Source: Novosphingobium sp. (GTDB lineage Bacteria; Pseudomonadota; Alphaproteobacteria; Sphingomonadales; Sphingomonadaceae). From it: a DNA stretch of 64,000 bases. Below, one piece after another: positions 60,822 through 64,000 of the stretch. The notes under the pieces were generated by a model, which saw only the letters and a list, made by a program, of their open reading frames with translations, searched no databases and was not told the DNA's origin. Position numbers and translations under genes: made by a program. Positions within the stretch are counted from its first letter, which is position 1. Each line of letters begins with the position of its first letter. The stretch spans positions 13,789 through 77,788 of the forward strand of contig JAYURW010000094.1 in NCBI GenBank assembly GCA_043756025.1, written 5' to 3'.

Positions 60822-61834
60822 GCCTGAACGATCTGCCGCACCGCCGCCGCAATCTCTTGACCGGAGAATGGCTGCTGGTGTCCCCGCACCGGGCCAAGCG
60901 GCCTTGGCAAGGCGAAGCCGCACCGCCGCCTGCCCCGCCCGCGCCGCCGCACGATCCGGCCTGTCACCTGTGCCCCGGCAACCTGCGCGCCACCGGTCAG
61001 GCGAACCCCGACTATGCCGGAACTTTCGTATTCACAAATGACTTTGCCGCTCTGCTGCCCGAAGGCGGAGCCAGCGAACCGGGCGATTTGTTCGAAACCG
61101 CACCCGCCACCGGTGAAGCGCGGGTGATCTGCTTTGCCCCCGATCACAGCGCCACTCTCGCCCGGATGCCGCTGCCCGCGATCGAGCGCGTGATCGGTAC
61201 CTGGTGCGATTTGTCGGCCGAACTCGGCGCGCGCTGGGCCCATGTCCAGCTGTTCGAGAACAAAGGCGCGATGATGGGTGCATCGAGCCCGCATCCCCAC
61301 GGTCAGGTCTGGGCCAGCGATTTTGTACCCGAATTGCCTGCCCGCGAAGATGCCCGCCAGCGCGCGTGGTTGGCCGAAAAGGACACCGTGCTGCTGGATG
61401 CAGTCACTGAGGCTGAGTTGAAAGCCACCGAGCGCATGGTCGAAGTCAACGATCATTGGCTGGCCGTGGTCCCGCACTGGGCGGCTTGGCCGTTTGAGAC
61501 ACTGCTGATCGCCCGTGATCCCGTGGCGCGGATCGAGCAGCTAACGGCCCCGGCGCGCGCTTCACTGGCCGCCATTCTGTCGCGCTTGCTGCGCCGCTAT
61601 GACGGGCTGTTCGGTGGCGATTTCCCCTATTCGATGGGTTGGCACGGCGCGCCGCATCAATTGGGCGATGATACCGCGCATTGGCGGCTCCACGCGCATT
61701 TCCTGCCACCGTTGCTGCGTTCAGCCAGCGTCCGCAAACATATGGTCGGGTTCGAACTGCTGGCCGAAACTCAGCGGGATCTGACGCCTGAGAGCGCCGC
61801 CGAGCGGCTCCGTGCCGTGGACATCGGCGCATGA
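60818..61834 (+). CDS. galT: Galactose-1-phosphate uridylyltransferase
   Basis: LVSPHRAKRPWQG, CHLCPGN and FENKGAMMGASSPHPHGQ. Confidence 0.96.
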   Translation: MSLNDLPHRRRNLLTGEWLLVSPHRAKRPWQGEAAPPPAPPAPPHDPACHLCPGNLRATGQANPDYAGTFVFTNDFAALLPEGGASEPGDLFETAPATGEARVICFAPDHSATLARMPLPAIERVIGTWCDLSAELGARWAHVQLFENKGAMMGASSPHPHGQVWASDFVPELPAREDARQRAWLAEKDTVLLDAVTEAELKATERMVEVNDHWLAVVPHWAAWPFETLLIARDPVARIEQLTAPARASLAAILSRLLRRYDGLFGGDFPYSMGWHGAPHQLGDDTAHWRLHAHFLPPLLRSASVRKHMVGFELLAETQRDLTPESAAERLRAVDIGA

Positions 61835-62976
61835 GCCCGCAGATCCGCGCCCGCGAAGGCTTCATCGCCGCCTATGGCTGCGAGTCTGCTGGCGTGGTTT
61901 TCGCGCCGGGCCGGGTCAACCTGATCGGCGAGCACGTTGATTACAACGATGGCCTGGTCCTGCCGATGCCGATCTCAACCGGGACAGCGGTGGCTTGGGG
62001 CCGGTCAGATAGTCCAGAGATCGAAGCGGTGGCGCTGGATTTTACGGGTCAGCGGGACCGGTTTACGCTGGCTGGCCTGACCCCGCACCAACCTGCTGAC
62101 TGGCGCTCATACCTGCGCGGGATGGCCAGCGAGATGGCCCAGCGCGGCGCCGACCCACATGGGCTGCGGCTGGCCTTGGCCGGATCCAATCCGCGCGGGG
62201 CGGGCCTGTCATCCTCGGCGTCGCTGTGCATTGCGCTGGGCCGGGCGATTGGCGCGGCGGCGGCGGTATCACTTCCGTCGGCCGAACTCGCTGCTGCAGC
62301 GCAAATGACCGAACATCACTGGGCCGGGGTCCATTGCGGGATCATGGACCAGATGGCGATTGCCGCCGGAGAGCCGGGCCACGCCTTGCTGCTCGACTGC
62401 CGCGACCTGGCGGCGCGGCAAGTGGCGATGCCATCCGGCTGGGCAGTGGCGGTCATCCAGTCCGGGGTCACCCGCGGCTTGGTTGACGGGCACTACAACG
62501 CCCGGCGGCGCGATTGCGAAGCGGCTGCTGAGGCGCTGGGCCTGTCCAGCCTGCGCGATGCAAATCGGGCGATGATCGAAATTGCCCGGCTCGATCCGAT
62601 AATCGCCGCGCGCGCAGTTCATGTTGTGAGCGAAATTGAACGGACCAGTGCTGCGGTCACCGCCATTGAGAACCAAGACCTTGCCGCATTAGGCGAGCTG
62701 CTCCGCGCCAGCCACGCGTCGCTGCGCGATCTATTTGAAGTCAGCGTGCCGGCTGTCGATCGGCTGGTCGATCTGGCCAATGCCGCGATCGGCCCCAGCG
62801 GCGGCGCCCGGATGACCGGCGGCGGGTTTGGCGGGGCAGTGGTGGCAGTGTTGGAACGCAGCGCACTGCCCGGCTTTATCGCCGCCTTGGAATACGATTT
62901 CGCCGCCCATGCGGCGGCCCCACTCAACATCATGATTGAAGGAACAGGCGGAATCCCCGCCGCAGCTATGCCATGA
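61831..62976 (+). CDS. galK: Galactokinase
   Basis: PGRVNLIGEHVDYNDG, GAGLSSSAS, CGIMDQ and GARMTGGGFGG. Confidence 0.96.
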   Translation: MSPQIRAREGFIAAYGCESAGVVFAPGRVNLIGEHVDYNDGLVLPMPISTGTAVAWGRSDSPEIEAVALDFTGQRDRFTLAGLTPHQPADWRSYLRGMASEMAQRGADPHGLRLALAGSNPRGAGLSSSASLCIALGRAIGAAAAVSLPSAELAAAAQMTEHHWAGVHCGIMDQMAIAAGEPGHALLLDCRDLAARQVAMPSGWAVAVIQSGVTRGLVDGHYNARRRDCEAAAEALGLSSLRDANRAMIEIARLDPIIAARAVHVVSEIERTSAAVTAIENQDLAALGELLRASHASLRDLFEVSVPAVDRLVDLANAAIGPSGGARMTGGGFGGAVVAVLERSALPGFIAALEYDFAAHAAAPLNIMIEGTGGIPAAAMP

Positions 62977-64000
62977 AACGTCCCAGCAACAATTCTGATC
63001 ACGCAGCGCCAGGCATCACAAGCTGGCGTCCGACCGCCCTTGATGGCGGGGCCCAGCTGCCCCTGATCGGCGCCGCCGAAGCCCAAGCTATCCTGCCCGG
63101 AATCGATCTATGGGACAGCTGGCCGCTGGCCCACGAAGATGGCCGCACTGCCAGTATCGACGGCCGCCAGTACTGGTTTTTCCTCAGCGCTCCGTGCTTT
63201 CCCGATCCCGGCTTGCGCCACAACGCCGCACGGATCCGGCTGGCTTCGCTCGGGGCTGGCGGCTGGCGCGACCATGGCGAAGTTCTGCCCGAAGCCAGCA
63301 GTCCCGGTACCCGCGAATGGGCTGGATCAGCGGTGCTGCATGACGATGGCGAGAACGTCACCCTGTTCTTCACCGCCGCCGGTCGGCGGGGCGAGGCGCC
63401 TTCGTTCGAACAGCGGTTGTTCGCGGCGAACGCGAAGCTGGCAGCGGGCGCGCTGGGTGATTGGGGCGATCCATACGAAGTGGTCCGTGCCGATGGGGCG
63501 CGCTATCTGATCGCCAATGAGCCTGAGGGTAAGCCCGGCCTGATCAAAGCGTTTCGTGACCCGGCCTGGTTTCGTGATCCCGCTACCGGCCAGCGTCATT
63601 TGTTATTTACCGCCAGCGCGGGCTGGGATGATGATGACTATAACGGCGTGATCGGCTTGGCGACTTTGGATGAGGCGGGCGATTGGCAGCTCGAAGCCCC
63701 ACTGATCGAAGCGAACGGCGTCAACAATGAGCTGGAGCGGCCGCACATCGTTGTTCGCGAAGGCCTTTATTACCTGTTCTGGTCAACCCAGCGCCGGACT
63801 TTCAAACCCGGTACCCCGAACGGCCCCAATGGGCTTTACGCAATGGTCGCAGAAAGCCTGCGCGGGCCTTGGCGCCCGGTCAACGGCCAAGGATTGGTCG
63901 CCGCCAATCCGGCCAGTGAGCCAACCCAGGGCTATTCCTGGTGGGTCACCGGCGAAGGTCAGGTCTGGAGTTTCATCGACCATTGGGGAATGCAGGGCCG
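62973..64000 (+). CDS. GH68 levansucrase/beta-fructofuranosidase family protein, truncated by the window edge
   Basis: Absent from the ORF track. Manual translation from ATG 62973 gives LWDSWPL, EWAGS, FRDP, NELERPH and GPNGLY. Confidence 0.9.
   Translation, partial: MKRPSNNSDHAAPGITSWRPTALDGGAQLPLIGAAEAQAILPGIDLWDSWPLAHEDGRTASIDGRQYWFFLSAPCFPDPGLRHNAARIRLASLGAGGWRDHGEVLPEASSPGTREWAGSAVLHDDGENVTLFFTAAGRRGEAPSFEQRLFAANAKLAAGALGDWGDPYEVVRADGARYLIANEPEGKPGLIKAFRDPAWFRDPATGQRHLLFTASAGWDDDDYNGVIGLATLDEAGDWQLEAPLIEANGVNNELERPHIVVREGLYYLFWSTQRRTFKPGTPNGPNGLYAMVAESLRGPWRPVNGQGLVAANPASEPTQGYSWWVTGEGQVWSFIDHWGMQG

Overview
GC-rich alphaproteobacterial chromosome segment. Gene content and order suggest Sphingomonadales (Novosphingobium/Erythrobacter-like); this is an inference. 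From left to right: (1) housekeeping block with a GH3 cut by the left edge, COQ9-like, ankyrin, SCO, YcgN, M48-like peptidase, DUF4402-like, ribD-ribE, GNAT, tyrB, DUF983, eipA and tRNA-Ser(GCT). (2) An accessory-looking block directly after the tRNA: soluble MCP, cheA-W-Y-B-R, GGDEF-EAL, MCP, a (GGCGTG)n repeat and a Cu-ATPase, with CtrA-type boxes. (3) A LacI-controlled beta-glucan uptake locus: TonB receptor-SapC-JmjC cupin-flavin halogenase-GH16-LacI-MFS-GH3. (4) ABC-F, trhO, yaiI and a DEAD helicase. (5) A compact carotenoid cluster (crtG, crtY, crtB, crtZ, crtI) containing an apparently intact IspH-GGPP synthase fusion, next to an EL222-like LOV-HTH photoreceptor and a renalase-like/CsgA-like pair. 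(6) ROK kinase, MaoC, GluP-like permease, yqgE, a PTP-like protein, rpmI-rplT and two tandem AraC-like paralogs, the second frameshifted. (7) A probable raffinose-family operon (MFS-GH36-galT-galK-GH68) running off the right edge. No CRISPR array, integrase, transposase or rRNA was seen. All calls come from motif recognition by eye; no database searches were run.
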